Origin: a virus
DNA length: 64,000 bases
IMG/VR virus record: IMGVR_UViG_3300042509_002208
Location: 1 to 64,000 of that record
Direction: 5' to 3' (one strand)
Shown here in pieces: positions 36,990 through 45,768 of this stretch (position 1 is its first letter; every line of letters begins with the position of its first letter). A program made the position numbers and the translations under genes. The notes under the pieces were generated by a model. That model searched no databases and was not told where the DNA came from. It saw only the letters and a list, made by a program, of their open reading frames with translations.

Positions 36990-37682
36990 ATGGTATCTGT
37001 GTACTCGATTCATCATTCTGCACGTTGCGGCTCAACACTTCTTGTTTCGCTGCTGTCGTCGATCGCTCCAGCGTATGCCGAGCCAGGTTGGTGTCGTCAG
37101 TACTGGGAAGACGGAGCCGACATCCCAGAAAGCCGAGATGGCGCAATCGTCAAGCTCCCGTCCTTCGCGCTATTTCATCATATTCTCCCAGGCCCTCAAA
37201 TATTTCTCTACAGGCCACTTGCCCAGCATTTGCTGAAGTACAAGGGTCTGCCAGCAAATTGGCTGGCACCGAGACTCAACAGAATTGGCGATTGCATCGA
37301 CGTTTCTGGATTGTCGGGCACTACACAAGTATTTGCTGCGTTCTGGGCCAAGCAAATAGCACTGGCCATCGACATTGATGCGCTGTTTATCAAGTCAAAC
37401 TCACTTTTTTCCGAGCCAGAGACTGTTGCCAATTCTGCCCTGCGGCACTTTGGTCTGAATGGTCAACCTGACCTCAGATTCCTTGACTATGATGTTAAAG
37501 CCGCTCGATTGATTGGCCAAAATGATCCGATCAGCTTTGGCAGCTTTCGCTCTGTCCCTTTGCGCAGCAAGTCCGACTATGGGGTCTGTACGACAGAGGA
37601 CGCTTTGGCAGACCCGCTAATCAAGGCAACAGTGGAATGGGCTGAAATGGAGTTTCCTCAGTGCAGGCCATTCACGCGATAA
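36990..37682 (+). CDS. sulfotransferase-fold/P-loop-like protein
   Basis: N-terminal HHSARCGSTLLVSLL resembles the PAPS-binding loop; IFLYRP strand. Confidence 0.5.
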   Translation: MVSVYSIHHSARCGSTLLVSLLSSIAPAYAEPGWCRQYWEDGADIPESRDGAIVKLPSFALFHHILPGPQIFLYRPLAQHLLKYKGLPANWLAPRLNRIGDCIDVSGLSGTTQVFAAFWAKQIALAIDIDALFIKSNSLFSEPETVANSALRHFGLNGQPDLRFLDYDVKAARLIGQNDPISFGSFRSVPLRSKSDYGVCTTEDALADPLIKATVEWAEMEFPQCRPFTR

Positions 37683-38227
37683 CACGGCGCGCCTCTTTCC
37701 TGCCTGTAAAGCCTCATAACCTGCCAATCAAGTTTGCGGCCTGTTCTGAGCGCCGCGAATGTTTCAGCCACGAATTCGATTGGGTCTCTTGATGCGTAAC
37801 GACTGACTCTCTGCGCTATCCGCTGATCCTCATCATTGCTCCAGGTGACGAGCCCTAACGCGACGCGACGCCGATTGTATTGATCTCTCGTGTGCGCTAT
37901 CTCGTGATACAGGAAGGCGACAGGATCCCCAGACGACAGGTACCCCTTCAGTCGTGATTCACGAGATACAGTCCATGGATCGCCCCAGAAGCGGTGCGCA
38001 GCGTTCAAGTCCACGTACCGATAGCCAGGTGACGTGTTCGCACGTATACCTGAAGCGTAAGACTCAATGCGGACAGTGAGTCCGTAACCCTCTAGGAAGA
38101 ATCTTGCGATTGCCAGGTTGTGATCGACATCATCCTTGATCCAGTTCAGCATCGCTGCCCTGGGTACTGGCTTGCAGATCGTGTGCGGCGGCCTGAAGTT
38201 CCCTTTTATAAAAATTTTTGAATGCAT
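37658..38227 (-). CDS. HEXXH zinc-metallopeptidase-like protein
   Basis: YHEIAH...VSRYASRDPIEFVAETFA. Confidence 0.7.
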   Translation of the reverse strand: MHSKIFIKGNFRPPHTICKPVPRAAMLNWIKDDVDHNLAIARFFLEGYGLTVRIESYASGIRANTSPGYRYVDLNAAHRFWGDPWTVSRESRLKGYLSSGDPVAFLYHEIAHTRDQYNRRRVALGLVTWSNDEDQRIAQRVSRYASRDPIEFVAETFAALRTGRKLDWQVMRLYRQERGAPCYRVNGLH

Positions 38228-38246
38228 TTGCGGAAAAGATACTACA

Positions 38247-38255
38247 TAGTGTCCC
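38247..38255 (-). promoter_or_regulatory. GGNANNCTA motif (minus strand)
   Basis: GGGACACTA 19 nt before the ATG of the minus-strand peptidase. Confidence 0.6.
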
Positions 38256-38334
38256 GCCAGTTTTGCAATAGGAATCTTATTATTGACTGGATCTAATCTC
38301 TACGAGATCAGTCTATTCAAAACAGGAGACTAAC

Positions 38335-38685
38335 ATGGCTCAACGTTCTGCTGGAGTGTTCCCCCGCGAGAAGTTTGATCTCGATGCTGCTTTCGAGGTT
38401 ACCGCTACTTCCGCCGCTGCTCCTATCCCCCTGACCAGTATTGGCACCATCCGTGTGGTTGTGCTCGATGCAGGCGGCATCGACGATGCTGGTACTAATA
38501 AGATCACTGTTAACGTGGGTGGCAAGTCCGTGGTGTTTGCTGCTGCTGACCTGGACAAGAACGGCGTGGGTATTGCCCATATCCGTGGCTCCCTGTGTGA
38601 CGCCAACAACAACATGGATTACGACCTGGGTGGTACCGCCACCGTGGGTGCTGTGTACCTGGACGTTGTGGACAACGTGGGCTGA
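38335..38685 (+). CDS. abundant small virion protein (probable capsid decoration/cement)
   Basis: AGGAG SD, codon bias like the major capsid gene, own motif variant GGAATCTTA (38271) and own terminator. Confidence 0.6.
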   Translation: MAQRSAGVFPREKFDLDAAFEVTATSAAAPIPLTSIGTIRVVVLDAGGIDDAGTNKITVNVGGKSVVFAAADLDKNGVGIAHIRGSLCDANNNMDYDLGGTATVGAVYLDVVDNVG

Positions 38686-38703
38686 GCCTAAGCCAACCAC
38701 ATC

Positions 38704-38734
38704 GGCAAACTATGGGGCGGTAACGCCCCTTTTT
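38704..38734 (+). terminator. intrinsic terminator preceded by a GGNANNCTA motif
   Basis: GGCAAACTA (38704-38712) then GGGGCG-GTAA-CGCCCC-TTTTT. Confidence 0.8.
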
Positions 38735-38737
38735 ATT

Positions 38738-39040
38738 ATGTACCTTCGTAATCGTCCAGCATATTACACAAACGGCGAGCAGACCATTGCCGTAAACTAC
38801 AGTGCTCACGCAAGAGACCTTGAGCAGACTGGCTGGACGCTTGTTGAGAAGGTCGAAGTAAAAGTGGAACCCAAGATTGAGTCTGCTCCAGAGCCTGTGT
38901 CTGAAGCTGTTACCAGCGATACTGATCTCCCTTCTTTGACCAAAAGTGAACTGCTTGCTTACGCAGAAGCCATGGGTCTAGAGGCGAAGTCTACTTTTAC
39001 TAAATCTGAAATCATCAGCTTGATCGAAGCAAATGATTGA
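38738..39040 (+). CDS. small protein with a C-terminal HeH/Rho-N-like helical motif
   Basis: ATG 38738 (MYLRNRP...); LTKSELLAYAEAMGLE......KSEIISLI. Confidence 0.7.
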   Translation: MYLRNRPAYYTNGEQTIAVNYSAHARDLEQTGWTLVEKVEVKVEPKIESAPEPVSEAVTSDTDLPSLTKSELLAYAEAMGLEAKSTFTKSEIISLIEAND

Positions 39041-39218
39041 ATTTGAGCACGTCAAGGGGCCACGGATCCTTGAAGATGGCACGAATATTGATGCCGATAT
39101 CATTGCTTATGAGCCGGTAATTCAGCGTCGAAATATTACAGATCCCGTCTCTGATGGATCTCTGGGCACCCCTGGCTATCAACCAGGACAAAAGAACAGA
39201 GACGGCTCGCCGCTGTAA
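39033..39218 (+). CDS. hypothetical protein
   Basis: 61 aa, overlaps the upstream stop. Confidence 0.65.
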   Translation: MIEFEHVKGPRILEDGTNIDADIIAYEPVIQRRNITDPVSDGSLGTPGYQPGQKNRDGSPL

Positions 39219-39221
39219 GCA

Positions 39222-39230
39222 GGTAACCTA
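39222..39230 (+). promoter_or_regulatory. GGNANNCTA motif
   Basis: GGTAACCTA; the context AGGTAACCTAGTTGG is identical to the site at 23256. Confidence 0.65.
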
Positions 39231-39249
39231 GTTGGTAACGGGATTTACC

Positions 39250-39336
39250 ATGGCAATGCCATTAGCTATTGCAAAGCAATTTGGCAAGAAAGGTAAGCCT
39301 AAGAAAGGTAAGGGCAATGGCACCAAAAAAGCGTAG
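39250..39336 (+). CDS. 28-aa Lys/Gly-rich peptide (not in ORF track)
   Basis: MAMPLAIAKQFGKKGKPKKGKGNGTKKA*, 19 nt after the motif. Confidence 0.55.
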   Translation: MAMPLAIAKQFGKKGKPKKGKGNGTKKA

Positions 39337-39610
39337 CACCGCAGATTTTTACGCCAAAAATCCTGAGGCGTATAAGAAGAAGCTTGCTTATGACAAGAAG
39401 CGCAATGCCCGACCCGACCGTAAGGATTATAGAGCTGAATTAGCACGGGAACGTCGTGCCAGGGGTATTATGGGCAAAGGTGGCCCTGATGTCAGCCATA
39501 CCAGCGATGGCAAGTTTAAACTGGAAAACCCGAAAACTAACCGGGCTCGCAATGGTCATGGCAAGAACGCACGCTTAGCACCTGGCAAAGGTACAAAGAA
39601 ATCAAAGTAG
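39317..39610 (+). CDS. highly basic protein with a degenerate HNH-like tail
   Basis: MAPKKRST...GKGGPDVSH...ENPKTNRARN. Confidence 0.65.
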   Translation: MAPKKRSTADFYAKNPEAYKKKLAYDKKRNARPDRKDYRAELARERRARGIMGKGGPDVSHTSDGKFKLENPKTNRARNGHGKNARLAPGKGTKKSK

Positions 39611-39642
39611 TGAATTGTTTGAGTAAACTAGATAAGTATTAG

Positions 39643-39651
39643 GGCACTCTA
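39643..39651 (+). promoter_or_regulatory. GGNANNCTA motif
   Basis: GGCACTCTA 19 nt before ATG 39671. Confidence 0.65.
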
Positions 39652-39670
39652 TAGCAGATGCTCAATAGAG

Positions 39671-39859
39671 ATGACTGGTATCGTAGCTTATCTGGTTGCC
39701 CACGGCCCTGAAATCCTTGCTGCATTGATTGCAGTTCATGCTGCAGCAGTTGCTATTGTCAACCTAACTCCCACCCCTAAGGATGACGCTGCAGTTGCTA
39801 AACTTTATCGTGTAATCGAAATCCTGGCAGGCATTGTCACCAAACTGTCAAAGGGCTGA
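39671..39859 (+). CDS. holin-like membrane protein
   Basis: Hydrophobic helix plus LTPTPKDD; lies in the lysis cluster. Confidence 0.6.
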   Translation: MTGIVAYLVAHGPEILAALIAVHAAAVAIVNLTPTPKDDAAVAKLYRVIEILAGIVTKLSKG

Positions 39860-39924
39860 GTCGATCGGATACCCGTTGGCTTCTTCGTTTCTCTACTAGA
39901 AGCCAGCGGGAAGAAGTTGAACGG

Positions 39925-40137
39925 TTGATCTCAAAAGTTAGATTCTATCAAACATTAAATAGTAAGGTAACTCTTGAAATTAATCGCGTAAAAGAAGAAA
40001 TGGCCGAGATGGAACAAGCCTCTCAGCCGACAACAGTTAATCATCCGATCGACGACAATTTACAGACTGGTGACTCTAGACTACTTGGCGGTGGGATGAG
40101 TATTCATGCCCCTTGGTCAAAGGAATCGGAAGAATGA
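39925..40137 (+). CDS. hypothetical protein
   Basis: 70-aa ORF in the lysis cluster; start uncertain. Confidence 0.45.
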   Translation: MISKVRFYQTLNSKVTLEINRVKEEMAEMEQASQPTTVNHPIDDNLQTGDSRLLGGGMSIHAPWSKESEE

Positions 40138-40157
40138 CAATAGGGTTAATTTTTTAG

Positions 40158-40430
40158 ATGGCACCTCAGGAACCTACCCCATACGGGGGTGACATCTATC
40201 ATATTTTAGGTAACCTTGAAGGAAAAATGGACGCCCTGATTGCGCGCACTGCAGAGTACCGCGCAGACTTGCAGACTGCATTTGAAAGAATATCTAAACT
40301 GGAGAATAAGCAAGCTTGGATCATGGGTGCTGCCGTTGTTGTCAGTCTGGTGATGCCGACGATTGTCGGAATTGCATCTCGTAACTTTGATATCAAAATA
40401 GACCCGATCATAGAGAATCAAGCGAAATAA
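40158..40430 (+). CDS. coiled-coil plus single-TM lysis-region protein
   Basis: RISKLENKQAWIMGAAVVVSLVMP. Confidence 0.65.
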   Translation: MAPQEPTPYGGDIYHILGNLEGKMDALIARTAEYRADLQTAFERISKLENKQAWIMGAAVVVSLVMPTIVGIASRNFDIKIDPIIENQAK

Positions 40431-40435
40431 ATTCA

Positions 40436-40444
40436 GGTAGACTA
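40436..40444 (+). promoter_or_regulatory. GGNANNCTA motif
   Basis: GGTAGACTA before the endolysin. Confidence 0.65.
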
Positions 40445-40455
40445 CATCGCATTAA

Positions 40456-41616
40456 ATGCGATTCATGAGTTATGTAACCTGGGGGCAGGTTTCTCGGTGG
40501 GCGAGTGAAGCCGGCTCAAAGTTCCCCGAGCTAACTGCTGCTCAGTTTGCGCTAGAGAGCAATTGGGGCTCTCAAGTAAGCGGAAAAAATAATCTGTTTG
40601 GGCTTAAAGGTGCTGGCAGCACTGTTAAGACAACGGAGTTTATAAATGGCAAAGAAGTTATTGTCTATGATGACTTCATTGACTTTGATACACCGGAAGA
40701 GTCTGTTCAATATCTGGTTGATAGATGGTACAAAGATTATGAATATGATGGTTTGACTTATCGCGGTGTAAACAATGCCGCAACAAGAGAGGATGCTGCA
40801 AAGATGCTGGTCTCGGAAAAATATGCCACTGACCCTTTGTATAGTAGCAAACTAATTGACATAATGAATAAGAATAGCCCTCCAGTTGCCACTCCAGTTT
40901 CACAACCTAGGTCGATCAACTTAGAAGATGCAGCGAGATGGTATTCGGCTCAGCCACACCAAATCGAGGCCTGGCGCAATCTGCAGGAGACGTTAACACC
41001 AGAGCAGTTAAGCACCTTTGCGGCTGATTACCGGGCCTCCAGGAAGCCTCTAGGAGCCCCTACGATTGTATCTTTTCCTTTAAAGGTTCCATACTTCTAT
41101 CAGCGGGACAGCAAGACAGGACATGGCGAAAGATCCTGTCAGTCTTCTGCGATTGCCATGGTTGTGGAATTCTTGAATCCCGACCTGATTAAAGATGATG
41201 ATGATTATCTAAATCTGGTACTCAGATTCGGCGATACCATTTCGCAAGCGGCTCAAGCCAAAGCTCTTAATGCTTTGGGTTTAAAGTATCAATTCAAACA
41301 AAACGGAACAGAAAGTGAGCTTATCCGAATTCTTAATTTAGGGTATCCCGTACCGATTGGAATCTTGCACAAAGGAAATATTCAGAATCCTACTGGTGGA
41401 GGCCACTGGATTACTCTGATTGGTTATGATGAAAAATACTTCTATGTGCATGATCCGTTTGGTGAACTGGATCTCATCAATGGAGGATATCCGAAGACTG
41501 GACCGACTGATGGCAAGTCCAAGAAATACACCAGAGCAAATCTGCTTAAGCGTTGGCTAATCCACAGCAAGAGCGATGGCTGGCTTTGGGATCTTAGCGA
41601 GAATAAGCGGCAATGA
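40456..41616 (+). CDS. endolysin: glucosaminidase (FlgJ-like) plus C39-like peptidase
   Basis: AAQFALESNWG..NNLFGLK...YATDPLY; VPYFYQ..SCQSS...GHWITLIGYD...HDPFG. Confidence 0.88.
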   Translation: MRFMSYVTWGQVSRWASEAGSKFPELTAAQFALESNWGSQVSGKNNLFGLKGAGSTVKTTEFINGKEVIVYDDFIDFDTPEESVQYLVDRWYKDYEYDGLTYRGVNNAATREDAAKMLVSEKYATDPLYSSKLIDIMNKNSPPVATPVSQPRSINLEDAARWYSAQPHQIEAWRNLQETLTPEQLSTFAADYRASRKPLGAPTIVSFPLKVPYFYQRDSKTGHGERSCQSSAIAMVVEFLNPDLIKDDDDYLNLVLRFGDTISQAAQAKALNALGLKYQFKQNGTESELIRILNLGYPVPIGILHKGNIQNPTGGGHWITLIGYDEKYFYVHDPFGELDLINGGYPKTGPTDGKSKKYTRANLLKRWLIHSKSDGWLWDLSENKRQ

Positions 41617-41834
41617 GACAACAAATTTTATTGCCGTTCTTGCCAGGCTATATGTTCGATGGAAACAGGGTTGTGTCCACGGGCGTGGCCCTCCCTCCTA
41701 CTCAGCACATCCACCCTGAAACGGGTGAGATCGTCTATTATCTGAAACCGATCTTCGATATCGGCGGCGCGTCAATCGGTTTATTCATTCGGCACAAGGG
41801 AATCACTGATTGGGTGGATGCACTGGGGGAGTAG
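41613..41834 (+). CDS. hypothetical protein
   Basis: ATGA overlap with the endolysin. Confidence 0.65.
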   Translation: MRQQILLPFLPGYMFDGNRVVSTGVALPPTQHIHPETGEIVYYLKPIFDIGGASIGLFIRHKGITDWVDALGE

Positions 41835-41843
41835 ACTCCCCCA
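41824..41843. terminator. hairpin at the convergence of the late and replication units
   Basis: TGGGGGAG-TAGA-CTCCCCCA; no clear U tract. Confidence 0.5.
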
Positions 41844-41871
41844 ATACAGGTTCCCCCGAACCAATTACAGT

Positions 41872-42333
41872 TTAACGGTCCTCTAGGGGAATTCCTTCGT
41901 CTTCGTCGTCAGCATCGTCACTGGTTGCGTAGGTTAGGCCTGGGATGCTTTCGACAACCATCCGCATGTAACGATGAATATCTTCCTCTTCCCAATCGCA
42001 TTCGTTATACAGGCGGGAACCAAGTTCGTTGAGTGCCATTGAATGGTTCTCACGCCAGAAGCCGATATTTAAAGCGTCTTCTTTTACCTTGGATACCATC
42101 ATCAATATTTCTAATTCTGTGCTCATGTCTGACTGGAGGACGACCTGTTCTGTGTAATTGGTCCGCTTCCTGTCAATCAGCCAGAGGACAAATTTAAAAG
42201 AATGAGCAACGCCGCGTAACGCTAAATCTGATAAGGTAACGTGAACATTCACAAAGAATTCAAATATAATCCTCAGTCCTTCTATAAAGTTCTCGCCGAA
42301 TGAGCCAACTAAGTTGTAGAGCTTGTTTCTCAT
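41872..42333 (-). CDS. hypothetical protein
   Basis: Coupled to the helicase. Confidence 0.7.
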   Translation of the reverse strand: MRNKLYNLVGSFGENFIEGLRIIFEFFVNVHVTLSDLALRGVAHSFKFVLWLIDRKRTNYTEQVVLQSDMSTELEILMMVSKVKEDALNIGFWRENHSMALNELGSRLYNECDWEEEDIHRYMRMVVESIPGLTYATSDDADDEDEGIPLEDR

Positions 42334-44102
42334 CGTCTGATCCTGGAACTTTTGACAACATCAATGTTTTGCATCGTGTCATCATTTTTCAGACTTGAGG
42401 TCTGATAGTCCAATTGTATCAGCGACATCGAAACAAATCCCTGGACAGTTAAGATTTGCTCGTTTGGAGGTTGACCTTCCCAGAAAGCTTGCCTGCCGCG
42501 TACCTTAGAGTGCCAAACCTCAAGTTTTCGATCGTTAGGTTCTCCTTCCGCAGCCTTATGTTTACGAATGAGCCAGACCGCATGGGAGACATGCGACAAG
42601 GCGTCAGTGCCACGAATCTGATCAAGCTCTGGTGGTCTTGGTTGGGCCTTCATATCTTGTTGTTCATTCTTGATTCCTACTTGGTTCATCTGAGCCAGGA
42701 CAAACAGATCGATGTCCAGTTCCTTGGCTGCGGTCATCAGCTTGTAGGCTCTTTCTTCCAGCATTGAAGGATTATCGCGAGGAGCCTTTTGGTGTCGCGA
42801 CAGGACGTGGAAGTGATCGAGAACAACTGCTCTCAGTTCCGGATTCTGTGCTTTCATTGCACGCATCGAATTAACAACAGTGTCAACACATGCGCCCCAT
42901 GGAGCCTCAATCAACAACTTGCCATGCTGTTGTTCAAGTTCAAAAGCAAGCATCCCAATCAGATTAGCTAGGCTCTCTTTGTCATTCAGATTAGGACTTT
43001 CAAGTTCACCCACTGTGACGTAACCAATTCCATCTTCAGTGGCTTTCCAGTGGTAGCCATGCTTTGCCAGCAGCTTTCGACTAAGGCTTGCCATCAGCCT
43101 TGCTTCGATAGCCGGATAATCAAGTTCTGCTGAAATAAATCCAACTGTCAGTCCTTTGGTGCATAACGAAGCTGCTATCTGACAGCCAATTGCCGTTTTG
43201 CCCACAGAGGTTCTGGCGGCAACGGTCATAAGACGCCCACCACAAGACTTGCGGGTATCGGGATAGGCGACACCACCTTCAATATCAATATCAAAAGCAT
43301 CAATACCAGTAGATGCTGGTCTTGTGATTCTGGAGAGCGCAGACAGACGATCAATCCAGTTCTGTCTTTGTGCGCCTGGATTACCGATAATAGCATCAAT
43401 CAATCCAACTGCCTGTCCCTGGTTGCCAATACTGCCGCGCATCATCCCAACGCCTTCCATAGCGCGTTGCTGTAAATATTCAAGCGCTTCTTCTAATTTT
43501 GTATCAGCTTTTATGTTTTGTTTTGCATTATGAAGAGTCTCAAGATACAGCGCTCTAACTCGTACTTGTTTTAGTACGTCTAATGCTGTCTCCCACTCCG
43601 ATATTTCGTCACCGTATCTTTCTATTGTTTCTGGATCGGCGAGTTCTGTTATCGTTTGATTAAAATCAATTAGCGATACACTTCTGGATGATTGATTGAG
43701 ATTAGAATAGTTCGCAATCAAAGATTCACGGGAAATTACCTGACCGGTTCTTTCTCCTATGAATGTTAGATCTATTTCTTTGGCGATAGCTCGAAAGCAT
43801 TCGTCAGACCAAAGAGATGAGGGTATTAGTTGATTATGACCAATACCAAATCCAGTCCTAAGCTGAGACCACAATTCTCTGGCGAGACCGCTCCTTGACG
43901 ACAAGACGCGGCTAAGAACAATCGCTTCCTGACTGATTGTTTCTTCTCGTTCTTGTACGCTTGTTGGCTGAAGCTTGTCTACGGTACGCGCAACTTCCAT
44001 TGCACGATGGATGACCTCTGTATTGGTTGAGACAATACGGTCCCCTTCGGACTGGAGTAGCCCGAGGTCTACGGCTTTCTGGAGGTAGAAAGGTAAGGTC
44101 AT
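42330..44102 (-). CDS. dnaB: DnaB-like replicative helicase
   Basis: Walker A ARTSVGKT, FISAEL, Walker B VVLDHF, LAQMN, KVR. Confidence 0.85.
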   Translation of the reverse strand: MTLPFYLQKAVDLGLLQSEGDRIVSTNTEVIHRAMEVARTVDKLQPTSVQEREETISQEAIVLSRVLSSRSGLARELWSQLRTGFGIGHNQLIPSSLWSDECFRAIAKEIDLTFIGERTGQVISRESLIANYSNLNQSSRSVSLIDFNQTITELADPETIERYGDEISEWETALDVLKQVRVRALYLETLHNAKQNIKADTKLEEALEYLQQRAMEGVGMMRGSIGNQGQAVGLIDAIIGNPGAQRQNWIDRLSALSRITRPASTGIDAFDIDIEGGVAYPDTRKSCGGRLMTVAARTSVGKTAIGCQIAASLCTKGLTVGFISAELDYPAIEARLMASLSRKLLAKHGYHWKATEDGIGYVTVGELESPNLNDKESLANLIGMLAFELEQQHGKLLIEAPWGACVDTVVNSMRAMKAQNPELRAVVLDHFHVLSRHQKAPRDNPSMLEERAYKLMTAAKELDIDLFVLAQMNQVGIKNEQQDMKAQPRPPELDQIRGTDALSHVSHAVWLIRKHKAAEGEPNDRKLEVWHSKVRGRQAFWEGQPPNEQILTVQGFVSMSLIQLDYQTSSLKNDDTMQNIDVVKSSRIRR

Positions 44103-44108
44103 AATCGA

Positions 44109-45110
44109 TTATAGCTCGTCATCGTAACGCCAGAAGCGCTCGCGTGACTCCTCAGGTTCAGGGATATTGCTAGGCCAGCTTGGTAGCTGGTACTTCATTC
44201 TAAATTTAGACGGATCAAGTTTTTCTTTGATGAATTGTTCTTCTACTTCCAGGATTTGATCCGATAATGTATCTATGCTACCGGGATCATTTCTGAGCAT
44301 GTTAAAATATAGATAATGGAGTTCATCATATCGATCAATTAGTTTCCTAAGCCTTGCTGGTAGTGTTACTTGATCTGTTCGATCTTCCTCGTTAACAGCT
44401 TCTGCTTCGTCATAATTTAATCCTTCATTGTAAAGCGAATATACATTTTGATATTTCTTTTGCATCGGAGCGCCAATCCCGATAATACTTTGAAGTGTCT
44501 TACTGGTGTTCTCCTTTGACCAGAACGGTGAATGGTCAACTCCGGCTTTGAGTATAGAGAAGAAGTGTTCATAGTCGTGTGGAGTTATCTCAAGCGCTTT
44601 GATATGAAGGTCTAATGATTTCATGAGCTGATCGCTCATTTTATTAATCTTAGCGTAATCTTTGGGCCGATAATTATTCCAAGCAATTCTTGCTTGTTCT
44701 AGGTAGTTTACTTTTTGCTTTTGTTCTTTTGGTTCTGACTTGGGCGCTTTTTCATAATAAGATGGATCAAGGATTTCCGTATCAACTATCTCTCGGCTTC
44801 TTATATCTGCAACTCTAAGTTTTCTCAGAACAGGAATTGGGTCTTTTAATATAATATGTTCGTTGGTACCAGAGATAAAACCTAGTTCTCTAAGTTCTGC
44901 CATACATCTAATCCTGGTGGCACGATGTATACCAATTCTTCTATCCAGAACTCCTTTGTCTACGGGCATGTAATCAGCCTGGCTGGCCAGGATCATCCAA
45001 AGAAGCTTGGTGTTCGCCTGCAAATCATCGCAATAAAGCAACTCAAATGGAGCCTTTGCGAAGCGCCCTACTGCCCAGTCGTGGCTTTTTGAGATCGAAA
45101 TCTTAGTCAT
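44109..45110 (-). CDS. replication initiator (N-terminal winged HTH)
   Basis: KLLWMIL...RIGIHRATRIRCMAELRELGFI; upstream of the helicase and next to the iteron region. Confidence 0.65.
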   Translation of the reverse strand: MTKISISKSHDWAVGRFAKAPFELLYCDDLQANTKLLWMILASQADYMPVDKGVLDRRIGIHRATRIRCMAELRELGFISGTNEHIILKDPIPVLRKLRVADIRSREIVDTEILDPSYYEKAPKSEPKEQKQKVNYLEQARIAWNNYRPKDYAKINKMSDQLMKSLDLHIKALEITPHDYEHFFSILKAGVDHSPFWSKENTSKTLQSIIGIGAPMQKKYQNVYSLYNEGLNYDEAEAVNEEDRTDQVTLPARLRKLIDRYDELHYLYFNMLRNDPGSIDTLSDQILEVEEQFIKEKLDPSKFRMKYQLPSWPSNIPEPEESRERFWRYDDEL

Positions 45111-45131
45111 GGCGGGGGAACCAACGTCGAC

Positions 45132-45159
45132 AGGCTAGCCGCTTTTGGATTCTTGTCAA
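45132..45159 (-). promoter_or_regulatory. sigma70-type promoter for initiator/helicase
   Basis: Minus strand TTGACA-16 nt-TAGCCT. Confidence 0.5.
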
Positions 45160-45195
45160 ATTATTACGATTTACAACGAAACAATTTGCAACAAT

Positions 45196-45400
45196 GCTGA
45201 TAAATGCAACAAAACAGGTTGCTTCTTGAAACACAATATGTTGACTCGTGAAACGATGGCGTGTTGTGTTTTGCTACAGGGGGCAGAGGAGCGCGTTGCA
45301 AAAAACAACCCTATACTAGAATAGTATTTAAGCTTCTTACAGAGGCTTAAGGTTTTTGTTTAAACCACTAGAACAAAAACAACAACTAGAACAACTAGAT
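45196..45400. other. putative replication origin: five 15-bp iterons plus an AT-rich tract
   Basis: GCTGATAAATGCAAC 45196, GTTGCTTCTTGAAAC 45218, GTTGACTCGTGAAAC 45240, GTTGTGTTTTGCTAC 45263, GTTGCAAAAAACAAC 45295; then AT-rich DNA with CTAGAACAA repeats. Confidence 0.7.
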
Positions 45401-45439
45401 TGGCTGCAGCGCTCCGCGCCAGGTCGTTATGGTGGTGGC

Positions 45440-45730
45440 ATGGAGAAGCAACCAACCAAGCGATCGGCCAAGGAGGTCCAGGCGGCAGAGGAAGCCTGGG
45501 AGGAAATCGGCGCTGCCCTGGCTGCAACGGTTGTGGAGGGCGGGAAGAGCCGTTCCTGGGTTTGGGACTTGATAAAACCGCTTGGTTTGTACAAGCGTTG
45601 GATGGTCGGTTATTGGATTGAGAAATACGAGACTCTTAATGCGGCCCGTTTAGAAGCTCTTAAGAAAAACAAAAGATCCCGGAAAAAAGTCCTGGAATTG
45701 GTTCCGGTATTTGACGAACGGACGGATTAG
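45440..45730 (+). CDS. hypothetical protein
   Basis: ATG 45440 preferred; the upstream in-frame part lies in the origin repeats. Confidence 0.65.
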   Translation: MEKQPTKRSAKEVQAAEEAWEEIGAALAATVVEGGKSRSWVWDLIKPLGLYKRWMVGYWIEKYETLNAARLEALKKNKRSRKKVLELVPVFDERTD

Positions 45731-45768
45731 TGGTATCTGTTATCCTGAATAGACACCCCATCTAAACC

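Noticed and set aside
38441-38737. N-terminal extension of ORF 38441-39040
   Set aside because: It overlaps the well-supported 38335 gene and crosses a terminator; ATG 38738 follows a late motif and is the better start.
45356-45439. TTG-started N-terminus KPLEQKQQLEQLD of ORF 45356
   Set aside because: It is the translation of the CTAGAACAA origin repeats; ATG 45440 is more plausible.
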